Assembly: GCA_030065825.1 (NCBI GenBank)
Contig: JASJCY010000029.1
Span: 2,548 to 66,547, forward strand
Length of the DNA stretch: 64,000 nt
Reading direction: 5' to 3'
Source: Nostocaceae cyanobacterium
GTDB lineage: Bacteria > Cyanobacteriota > Cyanobacteriia > Cyanobacteriales > Nostocaceae
Below are positions 61,250 through 64,000 of this stretch, piece after piece. Below the pieces are notes generated by a model, which had not been told where the DNA came from, searched no databases, and saw only the letters and a program-made list of their open reading frames with translations. The first letter of the stretch is position 1, and every line of letters starts with the position of its first letter. A program made the translations under genes and the position numbers.

Positions 61250-61453
61250 ATGTTTTTATTAATGGAAGCAGGGGTGACAGCAGCGGGGAACCAATTTCCT
61301 TTAGCTTTTACATTGGTCTATGTGGTGGGTTTTATTGCAGCTGTGACTATTGGTTCGATTGCTTGGTACAACTCCAAACGTCCCCCCGGTTGGGAAAATA
61401 AAGATCGTCCCAACTTTATTCCTGGACTCGACGAAGAAAAAAATCAGGAATAG
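61250..61453 (+). CDS. Small conserved single-TM protein
   Basis: 67 aa with the TM helix FTLVYVVGFIAAVTIGSIAWY followed by NSKRPPGWE. Family name not recalled with confidence. Confidence 0.5.
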   Translation: MFLLMEAGVTAAGNQFPLAFTLVYVVGFIAAVTIGSIAWYNSKRPPGWENKDRPNFIPGLDEEKNQE

Positions 61454-61454
61454 T

Positions 61455-62020
61455 TAGGAGTTTGGAGTTAGGAGTTTGGAGTTTGGAGGTAGGAGTTTGG
61501 AGTTTGAAATTAGGAGTTTGGAGTTTGGAGTTTGGAGTTTGAAATTAGGAGTTTGAAATTAGGAGTTTGGAGTTTGGAGTTAGGAGTTTGAAATTAGGAG
61601 TTTGGAATTAGGAATTAGAAGTTTGGAATTAGGAATTAGAAGTTTGGAGTTTGGAATTAGGAGTTAGGAATTAGGAGTTTGGAGTTTGGAGTTTGGAGTT
61701 TGGAGTTTGGAATTAGGAGTTTGGAATTAGGAGTTTGGAATTAGGAGTTTGGAATTAGGAGTTTGGAATTAGGAATTAGGAATTAGGAGTTTGGAGTTTG
61801 GAATTAGGAGTTAGGAATTAGGAATTAGAACTGATGAATTGTTAATCCCACCTTGTCTTCCTTGTCTTCCTTGTCTTCCTTGTCCTCCTACTCCCCCATC
61901 TCCCCACTCTCCCCACTCTCCCCACTCTCCCCATCTTTCCATCTCCCCACTCTCCCCATCTTTCCATCTCCCCACTCTCCCCATCTTTCCATCTCCCCAC
62001 TCTCCCCATCACCCCAGTCC
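61455..62020. repeat. ~570 bp of heptamer STRR-like repeats (AGTTTGG/AATTAGG) followed by CCTTGTCTT and CTCCCCA(C/T)-type repeats
   Basis: Seen directly. The Pro/Ser-rich ORF at 61839-62027 is an artefact. Confidence 0.95.
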
Positions 62021-62023
62021 TAA

Positions 62024-62491
62024 CTAATTTTGCACCTCAATCCAACGACGGTATAGCTTTTGAATCCTTTTCAATAAAGAATTCAAACCAGAGTGGCTTG
62101 ACTCTTTTTCGTGAGATAATTCTTGCAACTTCGTTAACAATTTTGCTTCTTCCATAGCTACTTCACCATCACTGTAAATTAAGCCGCTAATAGCTTGAAT
62201 TAATTGTTGGTAATCTTCCTCTGTGGGCTTATTTCCTAAATATTCATTTACCCACTGATAGCATTGTTCTGGCTTAACAACTCGCAATTCATAAAGCCAA
62301 GGCTTAATCTCTGGGTCATCATTCAAGCCTTGTTCCTCGGCTATTTTACGTAGATATTCCCTTTCTTCTACTTGAATTTTACCATCCAGCCAAGCAGCTC
62401 CAATTAAGATTTTTACTAAGTTTTTGACGTGAGAACTATTAACCATTTTTTTGTCCTTTTTGATTTGTTTTTGCAATTTTGAGAAAATCAT
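62024..62491 (-). CDS. TerB-like (tellurite-resistance TerB / DjlA N-domain fold) family protein
   Basis: LIGAAWLDGKIQVEEREYLRKIA... and ...LIYSDGEVAMEEAKLL form the typical duplicated TerB helix pattern. An alternative start lies at 62446. Confidence 0.55.
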   Translation of the reverse strand: MIFSKLQKQIKKDKKMVNSSHVKNLVKILIGAAWLDGKIQVEEREYLRKIAEEQGLNDDPEIKPWLYELRVVKPEQCYQWVNEYLGNKPTEEDYQQLIQAISGLIYSDGEVAMEEAKLLTKLQELSHEKESSHSGLNSLLKRIQKLYRRWIEVQN

Positions 62492-62621
62492 TTTTTCATT
62501 TTTTAATGATTAATGACTAAAATTCCAAATTGGTAATAGAGTAAATTTTGGTAATTACCAATTACTAATTACCAATTACCAATTACGTAACTAATTCTAC
62601 AATCACATATATTCTGAACCA

Positions 62622-64000
<1,379 letters not shown>

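Noticed and set aside
61839-62027. Pro/Ser-rich 62-aa ORF, and similar ORFs at 45058-45273, 30221-30412 and 36935-37156
   Set aside because: They are translations of heptamer or pyrimidine-rich tandem repeats.

Overview
This window looks like chromosomal DNA from a filamentous, Nostocales-type cyanobacterium. The evidence is frequent HIP1 (GCGATCGC) sites, heptameric STRR-like tracts in almost every intergenic gap, a split DnaE intein, a flavodiiron gene pair and a Psb32-like gene. Backbone genes are the atp operon (a, c, b', b, delta, alpha, gamma), one-piece tmRNA, an flv3-type/flv1-type pair, dnaE-N with the N half of the split intein, panB, serA, prmA, thioredoxin, fabG, a WecA-like GT4 transferase, groEL, corA, panE, murF and a partial rsmB. 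Accessory content is dense. It includes a RAYT (REP-associated Y1 transposase) among GTAG-type palindromes, an IS607-type element (serine recombinase plus TnpB), an orphan TnpB fragment, two Uma2-family genes, several MITE-like repeat families, and two long satellites (77 bp x ~17 copies; 232 bp x 3-5 copies). The stand-out is an AT-rich ~6 kb insert on the minus strand (47237-52782) in which I saw no HIP1 site by eye. It is bracketed by direct repeats and encodes a 1122-aa DinG-like SF2 helicase with a C-terminal PD-(D/E)xK-like motif. That gene overlaps by 4 nt (ATGA) a 706-aa Argonaute-sized protein with no motif I can recognise. I read this as a candidate two-gene defence system of DdmDE-like or pPIWI-RE-like architecture, possibly a new variant. 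The helicase N-terminus carries an in-frame TAA. The second most interesting locus is a lipoxygenase / atypical P450 / small-ORF cluster (31735-35938). All functional calls come from reading the translations and motifs; no database search was possible.
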